DNA from: Patescibacteria group bacterium
GTDB lineage: Bacteria > Patescibacteriota > Patescibacteriia > UBA1558 > GWA2-36-10
Reading direction: 5' to 3'
NCBI GenBank assembly: GCA_041650755.1
Contig: JBAZKN010000001.1
Coordinates: 136,080-200,079, forward strand
DNA length: 64,000 nt
Under the pieces are notes generated by a model. The model saw nothing but the letters and a program-made list of their open reading frames with translations, was not told where the DNA came from and searched no databases. Each line of letters starts with the position of its first letter. Positions within the stretch are counted from its first letter, which is position 1. A program made the translations under genes and the position numbers. This document shows positions 1-9,685 of the stretch, piece by piece.

Positions 1-1
1 T

Positions 2-1051
2 TATCTGACAGACTTATTCCAGCCTATTATCAAAGCCATCGAAACAATCAGTGGCCATAAATATGAGGATAACTTAAAAGCTTTTCGAGTAATTGCCGAC
101 CATATTCGCAGCGCTGTTTTTATCATGGGTGACGACAAGGGTTTTGGGCCGTCAAACAAAGACCATGGCTATGTTTTACGTCGTTTGATCAGGCGCGCTA
201 TACGTTTTGGAAAAAACATTGATATTAATCACAACTTTACTCAAGATTTATCTAAGGTTATCATTGAACATTACCAAGATGACTACCCGGAGCTAAAAGC
301 CAACCAAGTATTTATTTTGGAAGAGGTAGATAAAGAGGAAACTAAGTTTAATCTCACCCTAAACAAAGGCTTAAGGCAGCTGGAAAAAGTGCTCAAAGCC
401 AATCAGCTATCAGAGAAGACGGCTTTTGAACTCTATACTACTTATGGTTTTCCTTTGGAAATGACCTTGGAGCTAGCCGCAGAAAAAGGCCTCAAATTAT
501 CCAAAGAAAAATATCAAATTGAATTCAAAAAACATCAAGATTTATCTCGAACTGCTTCAGCTGGCATGTTTAAGGGCGGGCTAGCCGACGATAAGGAAAC
601 CACCAAAAAACACCATACTGCTGCCCATCTTATGCTGCAAGCCCTTCGCCAGGTACTCAATGACAGTGTCCGACAAAAAGGCAGCAATATCAATGCCGAA
701 CGCATTCGCTTTGATTTTTCTTATCCGGAAAAAATGACGCCCGAGCAGATTAAAAAAGTAGAGAACATAGTCAACCAACAAATCCAAAAAAAACTGCCGG
801 TCACTTGGCAGGAAATGACTTTGGCTGAGGCCAAACAATACGGTGCCGTAGGATCTTTTGAACATAAATACGGTGATAAAGTAAAGGTGTATACAATTGG
901 CGACCCTTCGCTAGCTTCAGAGCCTGCTTTTAGTCGGGAGATATGCGGCGGACCTCACGTAGAAAATACCAGCGAGCTGGGGCATTTTAAAATATTAAAA
1001 GAGGAATCATCTTCTGCCGGAGTGCGTAGAATCAAAGCAATTTTGGAATAG
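2..1051 (+). CDS. alaS: Alanine--tRNA ligase, C-terminal part (5' end lies before the window)
   Basis: Frame open from position 2 (VIADHIRS); GYVLRRLIRRA, LYTTYGFP, HHTAAHL, EICGGPHV, GVRRIKA motifs. Confidence 0.97.
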   Translation, partial: YLTDLFQPIIKAIETISGHKYEDNLKAFRVIADHIRSAVFIMGDDKGFGPSNKDHGYVLRRLIRRAIRFGKNIDINHNFTQDLSKVIIEHYQDDYPELKANQVFILEEVDKEETKFNLTLNKGLRQLEKVLKANQLSEKTAFELYTTYGFPLEMTLELAAEKGLKLSKEKYQIEFKKHQDLSRTASAGMFKGGLADDKETTKKHHTAAHLMLQALRQVLNDSVRQKGSNINAERIRFDFSYPEKMTPEQIKKVENIVNQQIQKKLPVTWQEMTLAEAKQYGAVGSFEHKYGDKVKVYTIGDPSLASEPAFSREICGGPHVENTSELGHFKILKEESSSAGVRRIKAILE

Positions 1052-1056
1052 CTGTT

Positions 1057-1131
1057 TGTCATTGCGAGTCCCGTGAAAAGGGACGCGGCAATCCACAATT
1101 TTTGGATTGTTTCGCTACGCTCGCAATGACA
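1057..1131. repeat. Palindromic intergenic element (Rickettsia palindromic element/REP-like)
   Basis: Terminal inverted repeat TGTCATTGCGAG (1057-1068) / CTCGCAATGACA (1120-1131) with internal hairpins GTCCC..GGGAC and CAATCCA..TGGATTG. Confidence 0.7.
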
Positions 1132-1174
1132 TGAATAAAAATAATAAAATATAATTAATTTAATTTCTAACAGG

Positions 1175-1537
1175 ATGAATATTCAAATTTACAAAAACAA
1201 TTTTGATTTAACCGACCCTTTTAAGCAATATTTGGAAGAAAAATTCAGCGCCCTAAGCAAATATCACGAAAATATCCTTTCTTTTAAAGTAGAGCTCAAT
1301 CGGGATCAAAAACATAACAAGGGAGACGTTTTTACTATTGAGGCTCATCTGCAGCTGCCGCATCACAAAAGCTTAATAGTCAGAGAAAAGCACATTGATG
1401 CCCGAGCAGCGGTTGATATTGCCCAAGAAAAATTGGCCAGACAATTATTAAAAATAAAAGATAAGCAAAACAGTCGAATTAAAAAAACATCTAGACTATT
1501 AAGATCAATGCGATTTTGGAATAAAAATCAGGAATAA
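1175..1537 (+). CDS. hpf: Ribosome hibernation promoting factor (HPF/RaiA)
   Basis: MNIQI..NFDLT..YLEEK..AAVD..EKLARQL pattern; hpf-secA synteny. Confidence 0.85.
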   Translation: MNIQIYKNNFDLTDPFKQYLEEKFSALSKYHENILSFKVELNRDQKHNKGDVFTIEAHLQLPHHKSLIVREKHIDARAAVDIAQEKLARQLLKIKDKQNSRIKKTSRLLRSMRFWNKNQE

Positions 1538-1541
1538 ATTT

Positions 1542-4313
1542 ATGGGAATTTTGCAGAAGATATTTGGCGATGCCAATCAAAAATACATCGACAGCCTCAA
1601 GCCTCTAGTCAAACAAATCAATGACCTGGAGCCGACTTTGGAAAAATTATCCGATCAGGAGCTCAAAGAAAAAAGCTTGGCTCTAAAAGCAGAGGTACAG
1701 GCCGGTAAAAATCTGGATGATGTCCTGGTGTCGGCTTTTGCTTTGGTTCGAGAAGCAGCCAAACGCACCCTCAAACTGCGCCATTTTGATGTCCAACTTC
1801 TTGGTGGCATAGTATTGCATCGCGGCCAGATTGCTGAAATGAAAACCGGTGAAGGCAAAACCTTGACTGCGCCACTGGCCCTTTATCTCAATGCTTTGTC
1901 AGGCAAAGGCGCTCACTTAGTAACAGTTAATGACTATTTGGCTAAGCGCGACGCTACTTGGATGGGCCAAATTTATCATTTTTTGGGCTTAACAACGGCC
2001 GCCATCCAGCACGAGGCTTCTTTTATCTATGATCCGACTCATACTGGCGAACAAAAAGATGAATTGCGTGATCGGGGCGTCAAAGTAGTCATGGATTATC
2101 TACGGCCAGTCACTCGCCAAGAAGCCTATAGCGCTGATATTACCTATGGCACCAACAATGAGTTTGGTTTTGACTATTTGCGCGACAATATGGCTCAAGA
2201 TGCTACTTATCAAGTGCAGCGCGGTTTGCACTATGCCATTGTCGATGAAGTGGATAGCATTTTGATTGATGAAGCTCGGACGCCTTTGATTATTTCTGCG
2301 CCAGCCGAAGAATCAACCAGTCGCTATCAACAATTTGCTCTACTAATAAGCAATCTGCAAGAAAATACCGATTATAATATTGATGAAAAAATGAAGGCCG
2401 CCACCCTGACTGAAGAGGGCATCAAAAAGATGGAAAAGCTCCTGGGTGTCGATAATATTTATGAAAGCCACGGCTTGGACATAGTCCATCATCTTGAGCA
2501 GGCCTTGCGAGCCAAGACTTTGTTCATTCGCGATCGCGACTATATCGTACGCGATAACGAAGTAATCATCATCGATGAATTTACCGGCCGGATGATGCCC
2601 GGGCGCAGATACAGTGAAGGCTTGCATCAGGCTATTGAGGCCAAAGAAAATGTGGAAGTGCAAAGAGAAAGTATGACTTTAGCTACCATTACTTTCCAGA
2701 ATTATTTTAGGATGTATGAAAAACTTGCTGGTATGACTGGTACAGCGGCTACTGAAGCCGAGGAAATGGCCAAAATTTATAATTTAGATGTCACTGTCGT
2801 CCCAACCAACAAGCCATTTATCAGGGCCGATCTAAAAGACAGAGTCTATAAAAATGAACGCGGCAAATACAAAGCCATTGTCCAAGAAATAGAAACTTTG
2901 CACAAAAAAGGTCAGCCGGTTTTGGTTGGCACTATTTCCATAGAAAAAAATGAGCTCCTGGGCTCATACTTAGAAAAGGCCGGTATACCTTTCCAACTCT
3001 TGAATGCAAAATTCCACGAAAAAGAAGCTGAAATCATCGCTCAAGCCGGCCGCAAAGGAGCAGTCACCATTGCCACCAATATGGCTGGACGTGGCGTTGA
3101 CATCATCTTAGGCGGTGCACCGTTTAATCAAGCTTCCTACGAGGAAATAAAGGCTTTAGGCGGCCTGCATATCCTGGGCACCGAGCGACATGAGTCACGT
3201 CGCATTGATAATCAGCTAAGAGGTCGAGCTGGCCGTCAAGGCGATCCGGGCTCTTCTCAATTTTATATTTCCATGGAAGATGACCTGATGCGCATATTTG
3301 GTTCGGAACGCATGAAAGGCATGATGGAGCGCCTGGGCGTACCAGATGACATGCCAATAGAAAATCAGCTGATTTCCAATTCCATTGAATCTGCCCAAAA
3401 GAAAGTGGAGGGCCATAACTTTGATATCCGCAAACACTTAGTAGAGTATGATGATGTTATTAATAAACACCGTCAGGTAATCTACAAACTGCGGCAAAAT
3501 ATCCTGGATATTTTTAGGGAAAAATCCGATAAGCCTGCCGAACAATCAAGCCAGGACATTATTCTTGATTATGTAAACCAGGAAATTCAAAATGTGATTT
3601 CTTTTCACACTTTGAGTCAAAAAAATGTCGGTGATTTTAATCCCAAAGAAATCATTGAAACTATAAAATCTATTTTCCCTTTGAGCACGGATGAGGAAAA
3701 CAAAGTCCTAGAGCTTTTGGATAATAACAAAAAAAATAATTCACATGCTGAGCGCAGCGAAGTGATTGATTATCTGGACAGTCTGGCTAAAAATAAATAT
3801 GAAATTTTAGAAAAAGAAATAAATAGCCAGGTGACTTTGGAAAACTCAGCTTGGACGCCGATGCAGATGATCGAACGCGGGATTATGCTGCGCAGCATCG
3901 ACACGCTCTGGGTGGAGCATCTGACCTCTATGGACAAACTGCGCACCGGCATCGGTCTGCAAGGCTATGGCCAGCGCGATCCGCTGGTAGAGTACAAGCG
4001 CGAGGCTTTTGGCTTATTTAATACTTTGATGGCTGCCATTCGCCAGCAAATAGTCTATTCTGTGTACAAGATTGGCATTGCCCGCAAAATGGCCGCTCCT
4101 GGACAACAAAGACAGCGCCAGTTTACTGAGCAAAAAGCCGGCTTCCAGCCATTCCAAAAAGAAGTAAAGGACAGAGAGCAGGCTAATCAAATATTGCCAT
4201 CGAAGCCCAGAGATGCTTCTGGGCACAAGATAGGCCGCAATGATCCTTGTCCTTGTGGAGCTAAGACAAAAGACGGTATGCCAATAAAATATAAGAATTG
4301 CCATGGAAAATAA
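1542..4313 (+). CDS. secA: Preprotein translocase ATPase SecA
   Basis: AEMKTGEGKT, VDEVDSILIDEARTPLIIS, QLRGRAGRQGDPG, C-terminal GRNDPCPCG. Confidence 0.99.
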   Translation: MGILQKIFGDANQKYIDSLKPLVKQINDLEPTLEKLSDQELKEKSLALKAEVQAGKNLDDVLVSAFALVREAAKRTLKLRHFDVQLLGGIVLHRGQIAEMKTGEGKTLTAPLALYLNALSGKGAHLVTVNDYLAKRDATWMGQIYHFLGLTTAAIQHEASFIYDPTHTGEQKDELRDRGVKVVMDYLRPVTRQEAYSADITYGTNNEFGFDYLRDNMAQDATYQVQRGLHYAIVDEVDSILIDEARTPLIISAPAEESTSRYQQFALLISNLQENTDYNIDEKMKAATLTEEGIKKMEKLLGVDNIYESHGLDIVHHLEQALRAKTLFIRDRDYIVRDNEVIIIDEFTGRMMPGRRYSEGLHQAIEAKENVEVQRESMTLATITFQNYFRMYEKLAGMTGTAATEAEEMAKIYNLDVTVVPTNKPFIRADLKDRVYKNERGKYKAIVQEIETLHKKGQPVLVGTISIEKNELLGSYLEKAGIPFQLLNAKFHEKEAEIIAQAGRKGAVTIATNMAGRGVDIILGGAPFNQASYEEIKALGGLHILGTERHESRRIDNQLRGRAGRQGDPGSSQFYISMEDDLMRIFGSERMKGMMERLGVPDDMPIENQLISNSIESAQKKVEGHNFDIRKHLVEYDDVINKHRQVIYKLRQNILDIFREKSDKPAEQSSQDIILDYVNQEIQNVISFHTLSQKNVGDFNPKEIIETIKSIFPLSTDEENKVLELLDNNKKNNSHAERSEVIDYLDSLAKNKYEILEKEINSQVTLENSAWTPMQMIERGIMLRSIDTLWVEHLTSMDKLRTGIGLQGYGQRDPLVEYKREAFGLFNTLMAAIRQQIVYSVYKIGIARKMAAPGQQRQRQFTEQKAGFQPFQKEVKDREQANQILPSKPRDASGHKIGRNDPCPCGAKTKDGMPIKYKNCHGK

Positions 4314-4318
4314 AAATA

Positions 4319-5056
4319 ATGGAAATAATTGAAACGAAATCATTTAAACTTGCCAGTTTTTCAAAGGGTGATAAAAATTCATCTAAGTTAGCTATTCTAT
4401 TGCCAGGCAGACTCGATACCAAAGATTATATTAATTTCATAAGCCATGCCAATCTACTCTCTAATCATGGTTATTATGTACTAGCCATAGATCCCCCCGG
4501 CACTTGGCAAAGCCCCGGTTCAATTGAATTATTCACTACTACAAATTACATAAGAGCCATAAACGAATTGATAGACTATTTTGGCAATAGGCCAACTTTA
4601 TTATTGGGCCACAGCCGTGGCGCTGCAACCGCTATCCTTGTGAGTGACAATCCATCGGTATTGGGCGTAATTGCAATCATGGCAAATTTTGGCAGTCCGA
4701 CTAATCCCAAACGGGATTCTTTAAAAAAAGGTTTTGAACAGACCTATAGGGATATGCCTCCTGGTAATATCAAAAGCAAAGATCAGATGGAATTCGCCTT
4801 GCCAATTGCTTATTGGGAAGACGGAAAACATTATGATGTAAAGAACTCGTTGATTCATTGTGCAAAACCAAAATTAATAATCTATGGTACAAATGATAAG
4901 TTTACACCTACTCAAGAAGTAGAGGAATTGTACAAAATAATCCCCCAACCAAAAATGTTAAAGAAAATTTATTCCGTTCATGATTACAGATACTCTGTAA
5001 AAGCAATAAAAGAAATTGAAGGTGACATAAATCAATTTTTGAAAAAGTATTTATAA
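4319..5056 (+). CDS. Alpha/beta-fold hydrolase
   Basis: GHSRG nucleophile elbow, GTND and C-terminal H; start refined to ATG 4319. Confidence 0.8.
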   Translation: MEIIETKSFKLASFSKGDKNSSKLAILLPGRLDTKDYINFISHANLLSNHGYYVLAIDPPGTWQSPGSIELFTTTNYIRAINELIDYFGNRPTLLLGHSRGAATAILVSDNPSVLGVIAIMANFGSPTNPKRDSLKKGFEQTYRDMPPGNIKSKDQMEFALPIAYWEDGKHYDVKNSLIHCAKPKLIIYGTNDKFTPTQEVEELYKIIPQPKMLKKIYSVHDYRYSVKAIKEIEGDINQFLKKYL

Positions 5057-5068
5057 AATTTTTTGTAT

Positions 5069-5515
5069 ATGGAACAAGAAATCAAGAAAAAAGTTGGTGT
5101 TGGATTCGGAATAATGATTATGAAGGATGGAAAAATGCTTCTCGGAAAAAGGCATGTTGATCCTGAAAAGGCTGATTCCGAATTACGTGGGGAGGGAACC
5201 TGGACCATGCCCGGTGGCAAATTGGAATATGGTGAGTCGTTTGAAGAAGGCGCTAGACGCGAGCTTAAGGAAGAAACCGACCTGGACTTAATAGATGCAA
5301 AAATCATTTGTGTAAATAATGACAAAAATGACTTTGCGCATTTTGTCACCATTGGATTATTTTCTGATAATTTCAGCGGAGAACCAAAGGTAATGGAGCC
5401 AGATGAAATTGTTGAATGGAAATGGTTTAAGCTTGATGATCTGCCGACACCAATGTATTTTCCCAGCGCAAAAATAATAAAAAACTATCAAAAAAAATCG
5501 TTCTATATCAAATAG
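5069..5515 (+). CDS. NUDIX hydrolase
   Basis: GGKLEYGESFEEGARRELKEET Nudix box. Confidence 0.92.
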   Translation: MEQEIKKKVGVGFGIMIMKDGKMLLGKRHVDPEKADSELRGEGTWTMPGGKLEYGESFEEGARRELKEETDLDLIDAKIICVNNDKNDFAHFVTIGLFSDNFSGEPKVMEPDEIVEWKWFKLDDLPTPMYFPSAKIIKNYQKKSFYIK

Positions 5516-5537
5516 AATCTCTGTTAGACATATCATT

Positions 5538-6362
5538 ATGACCAATAAATTTGAGGATATAAAAAATAAACCAGAATTTCCGCCTGATTTATTTGACAAT
5601 CATGATGTTGTCGCACTAGCTGAAAATGCGCATGGAGAGCACGATGAAACAATATTAAAATTTCTAGATCAATTTATAGACCAAATCAATGAAATTTTTA
5701 TTGAATTGCCAATAGATTATCAGCAATCCATCGATGCTTACCTTAAAGATGGGCAGATTGATCAGGCCTTAGAAGAATTATTCGCTGGTGCAGAAAAAGA
5801 GGGAAAAAATATTAGAGGATTATTATTGATTATAGATAAAATAAAACAAGCGAAAAAATCAGTCATTTGTTTTGACTCTGCCAAAAACCCTCAAGGAGCA
5901 TACAAAAATCCCTCCAGCTATGGTCGATATTTTTTAGCCGGTGAATCTAGAGATGAGGATATGTTTGGTTTAATTATTGATAGAATAAAAATTAAACCTG
6001 GCAAATATTTGCTAATTGGTGGAGCAAACCATTATCAACCTGGGAAACATCAAAGAAGCGGTGAGGATACCTTGGGACAAAGATTGGCTGATAAATTAGG
6101 GGATAAATATAGGGGCATTTTCATGGAAAATAAAGAACCACAATTTACAGCACCGGAACAAGAAACAAAAATCATTAACGGCAAGTTGTGCCGCAAAGTT
6201 TTTAGCGGCTATACTGTCAGGCAGTATTTTTCCCATGAAACTCCGGAAGCAGGTCCTGGCCCGGGCTGGGATACTCGTTGGGACATATTAAAAGAGCATG
6301 GTGTCGATGAACCATCAGAATTGCCGGATGATCCTTATTATACTTGGGAACCAATAGAATAA
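5538..6362 (+). CDS. Hypothetical protein; N-terminal EreA/ChaN/TIKI-like domain, possibly fused to a second small protein
   Basis: VVALAENAHG, IFIELP, SRDEDM, LIGGANH resemble TIKI-superfamily motifs; internal ATG 6123 starts MENKEPQF. Confidence 0.5.
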   Translation: MTNKFEDIKNKPEFPPDLFDNHDVVALAENAHGEHDETILKFLDQFIDQINEIFIELPIDYQQSIDAYLKDGQIDQALEELFAGAEKEGKNIRGLLLIIDKIKQAKKSVICFDSAKNPQGAYKNPSSYGRYFLAGESRDEDMFGLIIDRIKIKPGKYLLIGGANHYQPGKHQRSGEDTLGQRLADKLGDKYRGIFMENKEPQFTAPEQETKIINGKLCRKVFSGYTVRQYFSHETPEAGPGPGWDTRWDILKEHGVDEPSELPDDPYYTWEPIE

Positions 6363-6363
6363 A

Positions 6364-7038
6364 ATGAAAAAAATATTGTCCATCAAAAAGCCAATTTATG
6401 CGTTCATTGACGCTTCTAATTTGTTTTATGACGGCGAAAAAAGTTTGGGTTGGAAAATAGACTATAAAAAACTAGCCGATTATCTAAAAGATAAGTACAA
6501 AGTTAGAAGGATATATTATTATGGTGGCATTGAAATTCATAATTATCGATATTCTTCTCTGGATTATAAACCAATAGATTTGTCCCGGCTGATAACCCAC
6601 TTGGAAGATATGCTTCGTAATGATAGATTGAGCGAAACGGAAATACTCATACTGGGTATACATATAAAAAGAGCTAAATTTTATAAAAGATTAGGGGAAT
6701 TTGGCTATAATCTTCAATTAAAGCCAGTCAAAATTTATCACGACGAAAACGGCAACACTGTAAAAAAGGCCAATTGTGATGTTGATATGACGTTTGATTT
6801 AATGAAATATCTGAGCAAATATAGTGGCGTAGTTGTTTTATCCGGTGACGGTGATTTTGTCCCTGTGTTAAGTTATTTAAAACACAAAGGTAGGTCCGTG
6901 ACTATTCTAGCAAGACCAGAACGTACAGCAAAGGAAATTAAAAAATTAGCTGGCAGTAATTTTAGAGATTTCCATTATTTACGGGAAATATTAAAATATG
7001 ATAATAAATCTACAAATAAAAGAAAAGGACCCGTTTAG
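6364..7038 (+). CDS. NYN/LabA (PIN-like) domain ribonuclease
   Basis: AFIDASNL, KANCDVDMTFD, LSGDGDF acidic motifs intact. Confidence 0.9.
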   Translation: MKKILSIKKPIYAFIDASNLFYDGEKSLGWKIDYKKLADYLKDKYKVRRIYYYGGIEIHNYRYSSLDYKPIDLSRLITHLEDMLRNDRLSETEILILGIHIKRAKFYKRLGEFGYNLQLKPVKIYHDENGNTVKKANCDVDMTFDLMKYLSKYSGVVVLSGDGDFVPVLSYLKHKGRSVTILARPERTAKEIKKLAGSNFRDFHYLREILKYDNKSTNKRKGPV

Positions 7039-7057
7039 GATCCCTCTCATGTTTAGT
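7018..7057 (-). ncRNA. Putative ~40 nt antisense RNA overlapping the NYN gene 3' end
   Basis: Minus-strand promoter at 7064-7092 followed by hairpin GAGAGGGAUCC-UAAAC-GGGUCCUUUUC plus U-tract; three G-U pairs work only on the minus strand. Confidence 0.5.
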
Positions 7058-7063
7058 GTTACT

Positions 7064-7092
7064 ATATTAGCATAATTATAAAAAATAGTCAA
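7064..7092 (-). promoter_or_regulatory. Sigma70-type promoter, antisense to NYN gene
   Basis: TTGACT-17 nt-TAATAT with extended TG. Confidence 0.6.
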
Positions 7093-7095
7093 TGG

Positions 7096-7104
7096 TTATC
7101 CACA
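7096..7104 (+). promoter_or_regulatory. Perfect DnaA-box sequence
   Basis: TTATCCACA. Confidence 0.45.
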
Positions 7105-7114
7105 ACCACTATAT

Positions 7115-8062
7115 ATGCCGACTAAAATTCTAAAATTCCGAGATTATTTAGTGCCCTTAATATTATCCGGTGAAAAGGATGTCACCTGGCGATTATTTGA
7201 TGATAAAAATTTACAGGCTGGTGATGAAATTGATTTAATCAACTGGAATAATGGGGAAAAATTTGCCACCGGCATCATATTGAAAATCAGAGAAAAAAAA
7301 TTAAACGAAATAGAGGATAATGATTTTCAAGGACACGAAAAATTTACTGATAAAGAAGCCATGCTCAAGACTTATCAGACCTACTATGGTGATAAAGTAA
7401 ACTGGGACACGGTCGTTAAAATAATAAAATTTAAAATCATAGATAATAATATCCGTTTGCAAGATACCTATAACAAAATTGCTGTGCGTTGGCACGCTGA
7501 TCACAGCAATGATGATTGGTGGGTAAAAGGTGTAAATAAATTTATTAATTACTGTAAAAAGGGGGCGTTAATTCTAGATGCTGGTTGTGGCGCCGGAACT
7601 AAATCTAAATATTTAACACAGCATGGCTTAAAGGTAATTGGCATTGATTTTGCCGAGAAAATGATTGCAATAGCGAAACGCGAAGTTCCCAATGCTAATT
7701 TTTTTACATTAGACATAAATAATGTTGATAAACTAGACTATTTATTTGATGGTATTTTTTTACAAGCTGTAATTATTCACTTCCCCAAAAACGAAATTAC
7801 TAATTCATTGAAAAAATTAGCCAGTAAATTAAAGAGATCTGGATTTATATACATAACTGTCAAGGAAAAAAAAATTAATGGGGTTGACCAGGAAATATTA
7901 AAAGAAAACGATTATGGCTATACCCATGAACGCTTTTTCTCTTATTTTACTACTGATGAAATTCGCACCTTTCTATTAAATAGCGGTTTTGAGGTGGTCT
8001 ATGAAAAAGTCATACCAAGCGGCAAAACCAGATGGATACAAATAATGGGAAAAAAGATTTAA
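7115..8062 (+). CDS. ASCH/PUA-like domain fused to class I SAM-dependent methyltransferase
   Basis: N-term LILSGEKDVTWRL..GDEI (ASCH); C-term ILDAGCGAG, IGIDFA. Confidence 0.8.
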   Translation: MPTKILKFRDYLVPLILSGEKDVTWRLFDDKNLQAGDEIDLINWNNGEKFATGIILKIREKKLNEIEDNDFQGHEKFTDKEAMLKTYQTYYGDKVNWDTVVKIIKFKIIDNNIRLQDTYNKIAVRWHADHSNDDWWVKGVNKFINYCKKGALILDAGCGAGTKSKYLTQHGLKVIGIDFAEKMIAIAKREVPNANFFTLDINNVDKLDYLFDGIFLQAVIIHFPKNEITNSLKKLASKLKRSGFIYITVKEKKINGVDQEILKENDYGYTHERFFSYFTTDEIRTFLLNSGFEVVYEKVIPSGKTRWIQIMGKKI

Positions 8063-8064
8063 AA

Positions 8065-8529
8065 ATGCCTAATAAAAAACCAAAAATCGTAGCGGTTTCC
8101 GGAGGCTTTGACCCGGTCCATATCGGCCATGTTAGATTGTTTACGGCCGCTAAAAAGTTGGCTGATAAATTAGTAGTTATTTTAAATAATGACAATTGGC
8201 TAAAAAAGAAAAAGGGTTATGTCTTTATGCATGAAAAAGAACGTAAAGAAATAATAGAGGCTTTTACGGTCGTAGATAAAGTCGTTATCACTAAACACCC
8301 CAAAAATCCCAAAGACATGAGTGTCTGCACGGCCTTACGCCAAGTCAAGCCAGATATCTTTGCCAACGGCGGCGATAGAAAATTAAATAACATACCAGAG
8401 GTGGCGACCTGCCGCAAAATAAATTGTAAAATGGTTTTTAATGTTGGCAAAGGTGGTAAAGTCCAGTCCAGCTCTTGGCTAGTCGATCAACAACTGCAGC
8501 GCAAAAATCACCGTCATGCCAAAAAATAA
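8065..8529 (+). CDS. Cytidylyltransferase-family protein (TagD/RfaE-like)
   Basis: SGGFDPVHIGH, PDIFANGGDR, KVQSSSW; start refined to ATG 8065. Confidence 0.88.
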   Translation: MPNKKPKIVAVSGGFDPVHIGHVRLFTAAKKLADKLVVILNNDNWLKKKKGYVFMHEKERKEIIEAFTVVDKVVITKHPKNPKDMSVCTALRQVKPDIFANGGDRKLNNIPEVATCRKINCKMVFNVGKGGKVQSSSWLVDQQLQRKNHRHAKK

Positions 8530-9130
8530 CGAGCCACTGGTTGATATCAGGAAATATTGCCCGGGAATAAAAATCTCTTTGGATAAATACCGGCGAAAGA
8601 AAGAAAAAACAGCTTATGTGCGCTTGACAATAGCCAAAAAGGTAAATCAAGCACAGAAGTTATTGCCCAAAGGCTACCACTTTATGATCAGAGATGCTTG
8701 GCGATCGGTGGCTGTCCAAAAAAAGATTCACCAAAATTTCATTGCTCTTTTTAAAGGAAAGTATCCGCGTTGGCCACAAACTAAAATAGTCAGAGAAGTC
8801 AATAAATTTGTGGCTCCTTGGCAGGGCAAAATGGCTTCCGGACATTTGACCGGCGGGGCAGTAGATATCCGCATCGTTGATGCTCGTGGCCGGTGTCTGC
8901 CCATGAATTATCGGCAAATATCCTATCATGATAATGCTTCACCAAAAAGCCAAAATCTGCCAACCTATATTAGAAAAAATCGCGAATTACTGTTCAGGGT
9001 CTTAAGTAGAGTTGATTTTCATAATAATCCGCGGGAATATTGGCACTGGTCTTGGGGAGACTACTACTGGGCCAAAAATAAAAAGAAAAAAATAATTTAC
9101 AAAATAATATGGCCAGAGAAATCGAGGTAA
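8516..9130 (+). CDS. D-Ala-D-Ala dipeptidase-like M15 metallopeptidase
   Basis: DAWRS, HLTGGAVDI, EYWHW motifs. Confidence 0.85.
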   Translation: MPKNNEPLVDIRKYCPGIKISLDKYRRKKEKTAYVRLTIAKKVNQAQKLLPKGYHFMIRDAWRSVAVQKKIHQNFIALFKGKYPRWPQTKIVREVNKFVAPWQGKMASGHLTGGAVDIRIVDARGRCLPMNYRQISYHDNASPKSQNLPTYIRKNRELLFRVLSRVDFHNNPREYWHWSWGDYYWAKNKKKKIIYKIIWPEKSR

Positions 9131-9672
9131 AAGCTAGAGTAAAAGACTTTGATCAAGTAATTGCTAAATTGCGTGATCTTGGCTGTGAAATAACAGAGCC
9201 GATTATTCAAGACGATAAGATATTTGTTCATAAAGATTATGGTGATTATGTGAAACTGCATATTGGCTCAAATGTTTTAAGAATACGCACCGTTAACAAT
9301 GAAAAATCTTTTTTTACATTAAAACAATCTGTAAAAAATGAGCTTGACTGCATAGAAAAACAGACCGAAGTAGCTAAGCCCCAAGAAATGCACGATGCCT
9401 TAATAATGATGGGCTATGAAAACGTTGTTTCAGTTTATAAGAAAAGACAGAAAATAAAATATCAAGACTACACCATATGCCTTGACCAGGTCAGGGATTT
9501 GGGAAATTTTATTGAAGTGGAAAGATTATTTGAAGATGATAAAGAGGCGAGTGGAATACAAGAAGAAATATTTGAGTTTTTAGAAACTCTAGGCGTTGAA
9601 GAGCAAGACAGAGTAACACACGGCTATGATACTTTAATGTATTTAAAATTAAACAATAAAATTAACAATTAA
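9109..9672 (+). CDS. CYTH domain protein (class IV adenylate cyclase-like)
   Basis: EIEVKARV, LRIR, TLK, KKR, LDQV..LGNFIEVE. Confidence 0.88.
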   Translation: MAREIEVKARVKDFDQVIAKLRDLGCEITEPIIQDDKIFVHKDYGDYVKLHIGSNVLRIRTVNNEKSFFTLKQSVKNELDCIEKQTEVAKPQEMHDALIMMGYENVVSVYKKRQKIKYQDYTICLDQVRDLGNFIEVERLFEDDKEASGIQEEIFEFLETLGVEEQDRVTHGYDTLMYLKLNNKINN

Positions 9673-9685
9673 TCAATTAACCATT

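Noticed and set aside
7096-7104. Replication origin at DnaA boxes
   Set aside because: Boxes are single and kilobases apart; no dnaA/dnaN nearby
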